From Octopus bimaculoides (taxonomy: Eukaryota): a stretch of 48,872 nucleotides of DNA. The notes beneath the pieces are model-generated. The model saw only the letters and a list, made by a program, of their open reading frames with translations. It did no database searches and was not told where the DNA came from. Positions within the stretch are counted from its first letter, which is position 1, and each line of letters begins with the position of its first letter. Where the stretch lies: NCBI RefSeq assembly GCF_001194135.2, contig NC_068997.1, positions 41,763,891 through 41,812,762 of the forward strand, in the 5' to 3' direction. The position numbers were made by a program, and so were the translations under genes. Below, one piece after another: positions 1 to 9,760 of the stretch.

Positions 1-69
1 GACTGCCATGTTGGCTTGGCGATAACTATTAATTTCCAGTACCGCTGCCGTAGTCTCCTTTAGAGAGAC

Positions 70-105
70 ATAGAAATATTAATATCTCTATATATATATA
101 TATAC

Positions 106-142
<37 letters not shown>

Positions 143-207
143 TGAATATTAATATCTCTATATATATATACATATATATATATATATACACACATATATA
201 TATATTT
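70..207. repeat. (TA)n microsatellite with a short internal tandem duplication of ATATTAATATCTCTATATA
   Basis: Direct reading; the ATATTAATATCTC anchor occurs twice within the TA tract. Confidence 0.9.
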
Positions 208-267
208 GGTACGAAACCAAAGAAAATGTCGTTTAACATGGAGGACTTATAGGCCTCCGTGGTGCAG

Positions 268-273
268 TTGTAA

Positions 274-305
<32 letters not shown>

Positions 306-362
306 GCAGTTACAACTGCGACTACAGCAGCAACTGCAACAGTAACAACAAAACCAACAGTT
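268..362. repeat. (CAG/CAA) trinucleotide low-complexity tract
   Basis: Direct reading; explains the poly-Ala/Val ORF 233..427. Confidence 0.85.
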
Positions 363-389
363 GCTGGAATTAGTATTGAAGGAATATAA

Positions 390-1030
390 AAATACTTCGG
401 ATTCTTACTCGCCAGACAGCGTAGCAAATTCAGTTGAAGAATCTAGTTATAAACCAGAAGAAAGGATTATCTTCTCTCCATATTTTCGAAAATACGAAGA
501 AATCTTCAAAGAAAATGTAAAAATTGGTCTGACGAGAAAAAAGTACGACTACTTTTAAGATAGTTATTCCCCGCCGAACATGAAAAATTTAGTAACCAGG
601 TGAGATTTATATCGATGAAACAATTTTTATCGAAAATTTTCAGTGAAAGACGTTTTCTGTTCATTACACGCTGATAATGTTTAAATTTGGTCAAAAAAGA
701 TTATGAACATTTCGTCTCCTATGCTGGGGTTGTTAACAGAGAGTGTGAAAAATGCAAATTAAATAAATTAACCCCGGACAACTTCAAATGTCTAATTTTT
801 GTTCCAGGACTTACTGCGAGCAAAAATGCAGACATACGTTCCCGGATATTATCAAAATTAGAACAGGACCAAAACTTAACTATACAGGCAGTAGCAGAAG
901 AATGTCAGAGGATTACAACATGACGCAGATAAAATTGAGAAAAAAGATTGCTCTCGTATTCACGCGTGTTGACCGGTAACGGATAAGAAAAAAAGTAAAA
1001 ATGTCAAAACCGAATCCATTTCATGGGTTT
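390..1030 (+). mobile_element. Degenerate Gypsy/Ty3 LTR retrotransposon gag region (K02A2.6-like), with frameshifts and stops
   Basis: Stitched frames read DSVANSVEE..YKPEERIIFSPYFRKYEEIF..CLNLVKKDYEHFVSYAGVVNRECEKCKLNKLTPDNFKCLIFVPGLTASKNADIRSRILSKLEQDQNLTIQAVAEECQRI. This matches the K02A2.6-type gag signature (FKCLIFVxGL..DxxIRxRxLxKLE..LT...AEECQR) from recalled family knowledge. Confidence 0.8.
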
Positions 1031-1031
1031 T

Positions 1032-1249
1032 ATGAAAAATAAAAACTTTAACCATCTCTTTTCCTGGACCAATTGGCTTCTGACTTATTTTAGCAATTAA
1101 GATAATTTGCTAGGTGAAGTCTTTATCAACAGGTACACCCAAGACTACCTGTTGATAACGACTTCACCTAGCAAATTATCTTAATTGCTAAAATAAGTCA
1201 GAAGCCAATTGGTCCAGGAAAAGAGATGGTAAAAGTTTTTATTATTCAT
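1032..1249. repeat. Long inverted repeat: 104-bp arms (1032-1135 / 1146-1249), 10-nt loop, 3 mismatches
   Basis: Arms checked base by base as reverse complements. Confidence 0.97.
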
Positions 1250-1452
1250 TTCGTTCCTTTCGAGATTTTATCCCTAATTTTGTGGTTCTAGAACCTAGCT
1301 GTTCTTTCTAGCGTAAATGGATTCCTGTTATGTATTTAAATATACACTGTACCTTATGAGTAACTCATAGTCTTTGGACTAAACTTTTATACGCTAGGCC
1401 ACTTGGAGGTGAAAATGTTTATTAATTTTCATTTCCCTTTGATATGATTAAG

Positions 1453-1491
<39 letters not shown>

Positions 1492-1516
1492 TTTATGAAT
1501 ATATATAGACTATACC

Positions 1517-1898
1517 TTAAATGATAGAGAAAAATGTGCTCATAAATTGTTTATGTCATAAGAATCTAGACACTTTGAGAAAATGTGAAATAATTCGTTT
1601 TTAACTGTAGAGCTCGAAGTAGATAAAGTTATAAATAATAGCATGTAAATGTTGGATTAAATATCCCTTCGGATGAGGAAAGTGGAAGGGATCCTCATGA
1701 GACGCGAACCCATATCTATAAAGAGGACAGATGTTATACCATTGGACCAAAGCAATCCTTCGAAATTCTCTATCCATTTCAGAATCTTTGTTCTTACCGG
1801 TGGGCGCTGAAGAATTCGATGTAGAAAAGCTACTATACGTACAAGGTTGAAAATTTAAATGATAGAGAAAAATGTGCTCATAAATTGTTTACGTCATA
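1517..1898 (+). repeat. Direct repeat of 44 bp (1517-1560 and 1855-1898, 1 mismatch), part of an older tandem duplication whose second copy is interrupted by a SINE
   Basis: TTAAATGATAGAGAAAAATGTGCTCATAAATTGTTTAYGTCATA occurs twice; TATAAATAATAGCA and GATGAGGA..GAAGG also recur at about 1630-1690 and 2113-2183. Confidence 0.85.
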
Positions 1899-1899
1899 C

Positions 1900-2105
1900 T
1901 ATAGGTACAACGTTTAAAATTTGGGAATAGGAGCTAGCCGATTACTTCGACCCCAGCACTCAACTGGTACTTATTTTTATCACTTTCGAAAGGATGGAAA
2001 GCAAAGTCGACCACCGTTGAATTTGAATTCAGAATGTTAAGAAAGAAGAAACTCCGCTAAACATTTTGTTCGGCTCACTGACAATTCTGCCAGCTCACCA
2101 CCTTG
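1900..2105 (-). mobile_element. SINE family A (GGCGAGCTGGCAGAA head; GCCTTTCATCCTTTCGGGGTCGATAAA-TAAGTACCAG core)
   Basis: Homologous to copies at 2991-3137, 7262-7404, 15590-15720, 18737-18945, 22915-23122, 44590-44785, 48010-48140 and 48740-48872. Confidence 0.85.
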
Positions 2106-2308
2106 GAAACGTATAAATAATAGCACATAAATGAATGTTAATAAATGCCTTGATTATGAAGTAGATGAGGATTAGTCGAAGGTCATAGAAGCGCCTGAGT
2201 TCACCTGACGGAAGAAAGAATCAAAGCTAATGATATCAATATCAGTTCAATAAACTTATTTCAGTTCAGCTTTCATGGATAAAAACCAAGGGAGAAAACA
2301 TTTATAAA

Positions 2309-2739
2309 CTCTTTTACTCTTTTACTTGTTTCAGTCATTTGACTGCGGCTATGCTGGAGCACCGCCTTTAGTCGAACAAATCGACCCCGGGACTTATTCT
2401 TTGTAAGCCTAGTACTTATTGTATCGGTCTGTCTTTTGCCGAACCGCTAGGTTACGGGGATGTAAACACACTAGCATCGGTCGTCAAGCGATGNNNNNNN
2501 NNNNNNNNNNNNNNNNNNNNNNNNNNNNNGGGGGGGGGGGGGCACAGACACACAAACACACATACATATATATACATATATATACGACGGTCTTCTTTCA
2601 GTTTCCGTCTACCAAATCCACTCATAAGGCTTTGGTCGGCCCGAAGCTATAGTAGAAGACACTTGCCCAAGGTGCCACGCAGTGGGACTGAACCCAGAAC
2701 CATGTGGTTGGTAAGCAAGCTACTTACCACACAGCCACT
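2309..2739 (-). mobile_element. SINE family B (tRNA-like head, internal microsatellite, (AGTAAAAG)n tail)
   Basis: Near-identical to 12000-12385 and 40841-41140. The head in sense orientation reads GTGGCTGTGTGGTAAG...GGGTTCAGTCCC (A/B-box-like). Confidence 0.9.
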
Positions 2740-2814
2740 AAAGTTCGTAAATGCTTTGAAATACAACGTTGTATTACTGAAGCTATAAGGATACGATTTC
2801 AAATACTGGGTAGT

Positions 2815-2990
2815 ACATAGCTCATCATTGATGACAAACTGGACAACTACTTGCGTTGTCCAGTTTGGAAAAGAATCTGCGTGGTCATTCAACCTGCTAA
2901 AAATAGCAACCAAATCTCCCTCAAATTACCCCCTTTTTAAGAAACATTCAGCGACGTGCCTTTAGATATCTAAAAAGACTGTCTTTTTAT
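2815..2990. repeat. Dispersed repeat family H (CTGCTAGAAATAGCAGCCAAATCTCCCTCAAAT core); further degenerate copies near 4075-4440, 14030-14160, 16870-16990, 18330-18480, 25800-25990 and 34790-34980
   Basis: The same core motif recurs in both orientations. Confidence 0.65.
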
Positions 2991-3137
2991 TTCTTTATTG
3001 CCCACAGGGGGCTGAATATAGAGGGGACAAACAAGGACAGACAAAAGGGTTTAAGTCGATTACATCGACCCCAGCGCATAACTGGTACTTATTTAATCGA
3101 TCCAGAAAGGATGAAAGGCAAAGTCGACCTTGGCAGA
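2991..3137 (-). mobile_element. SINE family A, 5'-truncated 3' portion
   Basis: Contains GTCGATTACATCGACCCCAG and AAAGGATGAAAGGCAAAGTCGACC, shared with the other A copies. Confidence 0.85.
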
Positions 3138-3387
3138 TCAGAGAGAGATCTACCTGATCAAGGCTGACCTGGGACAAAACAATAACTACTAATTCGATTC
3201 ACTCTTTTCAATAAATGTTGTCAACCCACGAAATTAAGGTCTTATTCATAAATGAAACACTCACATATTGGAAAGGTTTGTATCCTAAAAAGAAATATTT
3301 TTTTTCCTCATTTAATATATCCTCGATTCTAAGCTACTTGCATGTTTTAAGAGGAGAGTAATATAATATTTTTACGTTCACCAACAG

Positions 3388-3467
3388 CTGCTTCTGTTTT
3401 ACATCCACTGGATACATAATCCACGGCGTCCATGCCAAGAAGAGTGATGTGGAAGACATGAATTGCA
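3388..3467 (+). CDS. Internal exon of a thyroglobulin type-1 repeat (thyropin-like) protein; encodes CFCFTSTGYIIHGVHAKKSDVEDMNC
   Basis: Acceptor TTTTTACGTTCACCAACAG|C and donor GCA|GTAAGT; 80 nt, phase 2 to phase 1. The CxCx4G...C pattern is the second half of a thyroglobulin type-1 domain. Splices in frame to the exon at 5256. Confidence 0.75.
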
Positions 3468-3494
3468 GTAAGTATATTTTAAGGCAATTATCTA

Positions 3495-3885
3495 GTTGTT
3501 GTTGTTGGCACTCTGTCGCTTACGACGTCGAGGGTTCCAGTTGATCCAATCAACGGAACAGCCTGCTCGTGAAATTAACGTGCAAGTGGCTGAGCACTCC
3601 ACAGACACGTGTACCCTTAACAGTAGTTCTCAGAGATATTCAGCGTGACACATTGTGACAAGGCTGACCCTTTGAATTACAGGCACAACAGAAACTGGAA
3701 GTAAGAGTGAGAGAAAGTTGTGGTGAAAGAGTACAGCAGGGTTCGCCACCATCCCCTGCCGGAGCCTCGTGGAGCTTTAGGTGTCTTCGCTCAATAAACA
3801 CTCACAACGCCCGGTCTGGGAATCGAAACCGCGATCCAATGACAGCGAGTCCGCTGCCCTAACCACTGGGCCATTGCGCCTCCAC
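3495..3885 (-). mobile_element. SINE family C, full length (tRNA-derived head, (CAA)n tail)
   Basis: High identity to 10345-10726 and 47461-47845; flanked by AATTATCTAG / AATTGTCTAG, a 10-bp TSD with 1 mismatch. Confidence 0.92.
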
Positions 3886-4604
3886 AATTGTCTAGTAAAT
3901 ATAGAAATAAAGGTCAGTGTTTCCTTCCTTAATGAAATTTTATATTTACATCCAGCTTCGTATTTTATGTCCTGAATACGCAGTTTTCTCTGATATTGAA
4001 ACGCCAGTCTATTTGATCACTAAACATCACTTTATCATTATACAAGAAATTAGGAAGCCACTATTTGGTTACTTCACCAAATGCAAATAGCCAAATTGTC
4101 CTCCTTACGACATAAAAACAGGAAACAGGATAATGTAGTACTTGATGTACTCGTAAAAGGGTAGACGATTACCGCTAGAATGCCTTTGATCTCAGGTTGG
4201 TTCCAATAGGGTTTACCTGGGGCTAAGCAACAACACACGTATACACAGACCGAGCTAACTAGAAAACCTCTGCGCAGTTGCTTCATTTACTAAAAATAGC
4301 AACCAAATACCCCTCAAATTACTCCTTGCTGCCTTAAATAAGAAATGAGACATTAGTAATCCTACATACCGTAAAAATAGATGGGGTGGTCGCAGCTGGA
4401 GTGCTTTTCAACAAAGATTCGTCCCTTCAGTATTGAACTTGGACTAAATCACAGCAGATATTATAGTTAAAGGATTAATTCAAATCCAAGTAAATGTGCT
4501 GTTGTTTTTATATGTCTTAGTCAGGTAGAAGAAACTGTGATCATCGACTCTGCAGATCCACTAGGACTTATGAGATTGTAAGTATATATACTAATTACCA
4601 GGCA

Positions 4605-4710
4605 TGGTTATATAGTTAAGTAGCTCGCTATAAAACCACATGCTTTCAGGCTTGGTTCCACTGCGTGACACTTTGGGAAAATGTCTTCAGTCATAGCCTC
4701 GAGTCAACCA
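4605..4710 (+). mobile_element. SINE family B head fragment, degenerate
   Basis: GGTTATATAGTTAAGTAGCTCGC...GGTTCCACTGCGTGACACTTTGGGAAAATGTCTTC resembles the B head. Confidence 0.6.
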
Positions 4711-5255
4711 ATAAGTTTGCTAAAAATAAGTTTTAGTTAAAAACCCGAATTAACATGAATTCCATGATCACGAAGTTGTACTGCAATTTTTATTTATTAT
4801 CTTGCAATAAATCCATGCTGTATGTTTATTGTTTAGGTCCACGTTCAACAGCTTATCCATGCTAATTCGACTAAAATCAAATGGTGATAATTATCAAACG
4901 CTGGAGAGAAGTTAAATATAAATATCTACCTAAATTATGTTTTTTAACGTATCAATCATTGTTACCATTGGAAAAAATTATACTTTCTGCTGATGACGTT
5001 CAAAGATACAGAAATTTAGATTAAGCAATTCCACTGGCGCCGCTAAGCACTTTTCATCCGCTACTATGCTTTTTAGAACTATATGCCTATACGTGATACT
5101 GTCTCGAGATGAATACTTCAGTTATATGGCTTTCTACAGTTTATACACATTAAGTAAGAAATACAGATTGTTATTTTGAATTAATACTGCTTCTGTTGCT
5201 AATAACTAATATTTATTTATTTATTTATTCATTCATTTATTTATTTATTTTCAAG

Positions 5256-5440
5256 ACTGTGCTGTTGACAAAAAAGAAAGCGAATTGAGAGGAGATAGGT
5301 TAAAGAAATTTCGGTGTCATAAAAACGGCAATTATAAGAAAATTCATGTCAAAAACTCAATTGTTACTGCGTAAATATATGGGGAATTCAGGTATCACTT
5401 AAAGTGCTTAGGTCAAAGATCTATTCACTTCCATGCTAAG
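5256..5440 (+). CDS. Last coding exon of the thyroglobulin type-1 repeat protein; contains a -1 frameshift at about 5345-5347 (pseudogene allele or assembly error)
   Basis: Acceptor TTTATTTTCAAG|AC and donor TAAG|GTAAGT. Reads (N)CAVDKKESELRGDRLKKFRCHKNGNYKKI, then after restoring one base (ATT CA- TGT) continues CQKLNCYCVNIWGIQVSLKVLRSKIYSLPC, stop TAA at 5437-5439. This gives a complete C..C-x2-NG-x-Y-x3-(Q)C-x4-CYCV-x3-G..C domain. Confidence 0.8.
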
Positions 5441-5889
5441 GTAAGTAGAACGTTGTGTTTACAAAAAAAATCTAAACTTCAGAGGTGATTTGGCTAAGTC
5501 GCTGAGTTACTGCGAATGTTTTAATGAATTTCTAGCTAGGTATTTCTCTGTATTTCATTTAAAGTGTTCGGAGATGCATTTGATTGACAAGATTTTGGGA
5601 AAAATCATAACAGCCATTTAAAACATGGCCGAGTGATTATGAAGACTGTTTCAGAATCATAAGCTCTCATGTTAGAACACTCTGCGTGGAATCTTGAGGA
5701 AGTTACTTTTACTTCAGCTTCTGGTCTAGTCAAACTTTGTGAGTGAAACTGAGTAGGTGGAAACTGTGTGGAAGCCCGTAGGGTGAGTTATACTTGTAAT
5801 TTAAAGACCCAACCTTTGTTACATATTTTGAGACACTGATTCCGTTCAAGAATCAGGTTAAATGTTTAACGAATCAATGAAATGTTCAT

Positions 5890-6045
5890 CCACTTAAATG
5901 ACTAATTCATTGAACAGATTTGATCTTGAGAAGTCAAAATGAAGCCTTCACTCTTTGCCTTCAGCCCTGAGCTTCGTAGCCACTGACGGGTGTACTTATG
6001 TTCAACATCAGCTTCTTTGTTACAGGCCACGTCAGCTAAAGGCCA
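5890..6045 (-). mobile_element. Short R4/Dong-like LINE fragment
   Basis: Translates NKEADVEHKYTRQWLRSSGLKAKSEGFILTSQDQ, homologous to the SLRSSGIKAETEGFLIAAQD segment of the element at 7584-9002. Confidence 0.75.
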
Positions 6046-6362
6046 TGTATTTGCCATGCAGAGGTTTCTGTTCCCACCTACCAACCAATCGTCCATGCTC
6101 TTTTTTTTTTTGCCATTAATTTTTCTCTCTTTACAACAGCGATCGTGATTTCAGCTCCTAGACCGGGTGGTGCATTGTGTTCTTCTGCAAAACACTTTGT
6201 CTCACGTTGCTCTGCGATCACTTCGACACCTGATGCGTGGTACGCCGTGCAACCGTTCAGATGACGTCGATATGATAGAGAGAATGAGCTTAAACAAATC
6301 ATTTGTGCAGGTTGTTCGGAAAAGGCTGAACGCTCATACGTCATCTTCGGCAGGAGAGTCCA

Positions 6363-6368
6363 TCATTA

Positions 6369-6426
<58 letters not shown>
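6363..6426. repeat. (ATT)n microsatellite
   Basis: Direct reading. Confidence 0.95.
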
Positions 6427-6427
<1 letters not shown>

Positions 6428-7261
6428 TCTCCATGTAAATCCAGACCCCTGACCTCATCTCCTAACCGAACGGAANNNNNNNNNNNNNNNNNNNNNNNNN
6501 NNNNNNNNNNNNNNNNNNNNNNNNNNNNNNNNNNNNNNNNNNNNNNNNNNNNNNNNNNNNNNNNNNNNNNNNNNNNNNNNNNNNNNNNNNNNNNNNNNNN
6601 NNNNNNNNNNNNNNNNNNNNNNNNNNNNNNNNNNNNNNNNNNNNNNNNNNNNNNNNNNNNNNNNNNNNNNNNNNNNNNNNNNNNNNNNNNNNNNNNNNNN
6701 NNNNNNNNNNNNNNNNNNNNNNNNNNNNNNNNNNNNNNNNNNNNNNNNNNNNNNNNNNNNNNNNNNNNNNNNNNNNNNNNNNNNNNNNNNNNNNNNNNNN
6801 NNNNNNNNNNNNNNNNNNNNNNNNNNNNNNNNNNNNNNNNNNNNNNNNNNNNNGAGTACTTTAGCCGAGAGGACCACCCAGGGTTTTCCCCCAAACCAGC
6901 TCTCCAGCTCTCCCTCTCTCTCTCAAACACATGATCACACATAGACACCCACAAAAACACAAGCACACACCCATCCTATCGGGGACGGATTACACGGATT
7001 CCGATTCCGATTCCAACACGTCCCAAAGTGAGGAGGAAGAAAACAAGCCAGAACAATCTAAAAGAAAGCTCAGGAGAAAAAACACCGGATCCATACCAAC
7101 ACAAACATCGGACAACACATAAAGTACCGTCACACAGACAACAAACCCTCCAGCTCAACAACCGTTTACACAACAAAAGATATCACCACCACCACAACCC
7201 CACCTCGCCCCCAAAAGAAAGCATTCGGAAGAACGGTTAAATTCTCAATTATTATTATTAT

Positions 7262-7404
7262 TCAAATTCCGTCGAGGTCAACCTTGCTTTCATCCGTTCG
7301 GGGTCGATAGATTAAGTACCAGTCAAGTACTGGTGTCGATGTAATCGACTTACCTTCTCCCCAACAATTTCAGGCTTTGTGCCAAAAGCACAAAAGCAGA
7401 AAAG
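7262..7404 (+). mobile_element. SINE family A, 5'-truncated, ending in an (ATT)n tail
   Basis: TTCAAATTCCGTCGAGGTCAACCTTGCTTTCATCCGTTCGGGGTCGATAGATTAAGTACCAG core, followed by the ATT tract. Confidence 0.85.
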
Positions 7405-7478
<74 letters not shown>

Positions 7479-7534
7479 CATTATTATTATTATCATTATT
7501 ATTATTATCATTATTATTATCATTATCATTATTA

Positions 7535-7583
<49 letters not shown>
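7405..7583. repeat. (ATT)n/(ATC) microsatellite shared as the tail of two convergent elements
   Basis: Direct reading. Confidence 0.95.
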
Positions 7584-7585
<2 letters not shown>

Positions 7586-9002
7586 GGTAGTCTTATTTTT
7601 ACCACGTGCTTTCACTGCATTACCGAGCGCAGCTCTGTGTGCCTTGGGTTTGTGCTGTGGTTTGTTGTGATGCTCTCATTTTTACTGTAGTGAAAGTGTT
7701 TTAAGTAGGATGTGTGGGGTGCCTAGTACTGCTATTTTCTGTATGTTTTATATATTTGTAAGTCTTAGTGTTTTGGTTATGTATTTGTCAGAATGTATTT
7801 TTATCATACCTATTTCGCCAACTATTATAGGAATTGTTTCTGTTTTTAGGTTCCACATTCGAGTTACTTCAATTTCCAGATTTTTGTATTTTGAAAGTAT
7901 CTCTGTTTCTTTTAGAGAAATGTTGTCATCTATTGGTATTGATACATCAATTAGAAGGCATCTTTTTTCTTGGTGATCTCTGACAACTATATCCGGTCTA
8001 TTACCCTTAATTTCTCTATCTTTGTGTATTGGCATATCCCATAGTATTGTGCTTTCTCGTTTTCTGTGACCTTTTCTGGCGTGTGCCTATACCTTTTTTC
8101 TGTTATCATTCCATAGTGTTTGCATAGCTGCCAATGTATGTAGGTCCTAGCTCTGTCGTGTCTGTGAATATATTCTTTCTTAGTCAGGACTGGGCAGCCA
8201 GAGATAATGATTTATTGTTTCTTCTCCATCACCACATATTCCGCAGTTACTTGTTATGTTTCTTCTCTTTATATGTTTCTGGTTATTAATTTCTGGTGGG
8301 GAGGCTATGGTCTTGTGCTGCAATTAAAAATCCTTCAGTCTCTGCTTTGATTCCTGAGCTTCTCAGTGATCGTTGGGATTTTGCTTCGTCTATTTCTTTT
8401 CTGTTTAGCTTAACCCAATATTTTCCATGAAGGGACTTTGCTTGTCATCTTTTTATCATGATCCGTTGTTGTTCCAGTTTTAGTTTAGGTTTCAGTTGTT
8501 CTACAGCTTTTGTTGTTTCTTCTTTTTCTACATCGTTGTTAGGTACTATGTCTTCTTTTTTTGTATTTTTCAGCTTCTTTAAAGAGGGAAAACAGTTTTT
8601 TTTTTTGTTTTTTTTGCTCATGTCTTGTGGCTATTTATATCAGTCTTCCTTGTTTCTGAAGTAAGTATTTGTGTAATCCTAAGGTGGTTATTTTATAATA
8701 GTTTTCTAGCTGCATAAGGCCTCTACCGCCTTCAATACGTTGTATATATAACCTTTCTATGTCAGTATTTTTCTTGTTTTCATGTCTACTTTGAGTGGCT
8801 CATTTAGAGTCCAGTTAAGAATATTGTCGCTGTAACTTACAACTGGGACGGCTAGAGTGTTGATACATATTATCTTGTTTTTCGCATTGGGCTCTATTTT
8901 TAGTATTAATCTAACTTGTCTATAGCATTCCTTTCTTGTATTCTCTTTCATTTGTGTGTGTTGTGTCGTATCTACTTCATTGATTCTTACGTATGTCTGG
9001 CC
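7584..9002 (-). mobile_element. 5'-truncated, degenerate R4/Dong-clade non-LTR retrotransposon (RT C-terminus, CCHC knuckle, restriction-like endonuclease, 3' UTR)
   Basis: Minus-strand frames give RINEVDTTQHTQMKENTRKECYRQVRLILK..NAKNKIICINTLAVPVVSYS, then WKDKPLHGKY..SGIKAETEGFLIAAQD, a C-x2-C..ETINH..C knuckle, and DREIKGNRPDIVVRD..KRCLLIDVSIP.D.NISLKETE.LSKYKNLEIEVTRMW (PD..D-x-x-x-P..K..KY REL motif). (TAA)n lies on both sides. Confidence 0.92.
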
Positions 9003-9033
9003 ATTATTGTTATTATTATGATTATTGTTATTA

Positions 9034-9087
<54 letters not shown>
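9003..9087. repeat. (ATT)n microsatellite
   Basis: Direct reading. Confidence 0.95.
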
Positions 9088-9088
<1 letters not shown>

Positions 9089-9644
9089 TGGGTGAGCGAG
9101 CAGTGCATGCCATCAAAGTGACACTGGGATAAAATACATGAAGGCCATTATACCCATCATGATTACCCGTCTGATAAGGGCAAACCAGGTACATGCATCA
9201 CAACCATATGTGCGCGATATGGTGATCTCATATCAAGATAAACAGCGCCATGACCACGCAGGTGGGGCCCAGTTAGAATTTTCTTCAGGTCGAGTAGCCC
9301 ACCCCGATCAAAGGTCCCTGAATAAGGGTTGTTTAAGGATGTTGAACGAAACGCCCATGTTTCCAAAGGTGAATTATTCAAACCCCAAAGAATTCCTCTC
9401 AACACATGGCTATGATGCTCCCCCACTACTTCTGCTCATGATCAGTGATGCACATATCGCCAGCCACTAAGGGACATGCTCAACTGGTTAAGGTCAAATA
9501 ACTGACAAGCAAATCTATGGTATTAAGCAGAATATTTGCTGTAGCCCATATTTTATACCAAGACAAAACAACGTACATGATAACATTTCCAATCATTTAA
9601 GATCAGAAGCCATGAGAGCCACTGCCTGGTACTGCATCAGGGCC
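9088..9644 (-). mobile_element. Non-coding ~560-bp interspersed element (family F) whose 3' end abuts (TAA)n; second copy at 37970-38225
   Basis: The reverse complement matches 37970-38225 over about 250 bp, starting at the same end (GCCCTGATGCAGTACCAGGC). No coding capacity recognised. Confidence 0.8.
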
Positions 9645-9760
9645 TTGTTGTTGTTGTTGTTGTTGTTGCTGTTGTTGCTATTCATTTAAAAATATTCTGT
9701 AAAATATATATCATTAGCTGATGTTCAGAGTTGGGGCCTGGTTGGAGTCGTGAATAACAC

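Noticed and set aside
1783-1850. Strong acceptor (TCTCTATCCATTTCAG) as a possible upstream thyropin exon
   Set aside because: No frame gives the expected C..P.C...G.Y...QC pattern, and there is no convincing phase-2 donor.
4522-4574. AG..GTAAGT-bounded segment between the two thyropin exons
   Set aside because: No acceptor/donor combination preserves the phase 1-1 needed between 3467 and 5256, and it lacks domain motifs.
4989-5025. CTGATGA...GAAA as another hammerhead
   Set aside because: No stem II pairing and no compatible stem I or stem III.
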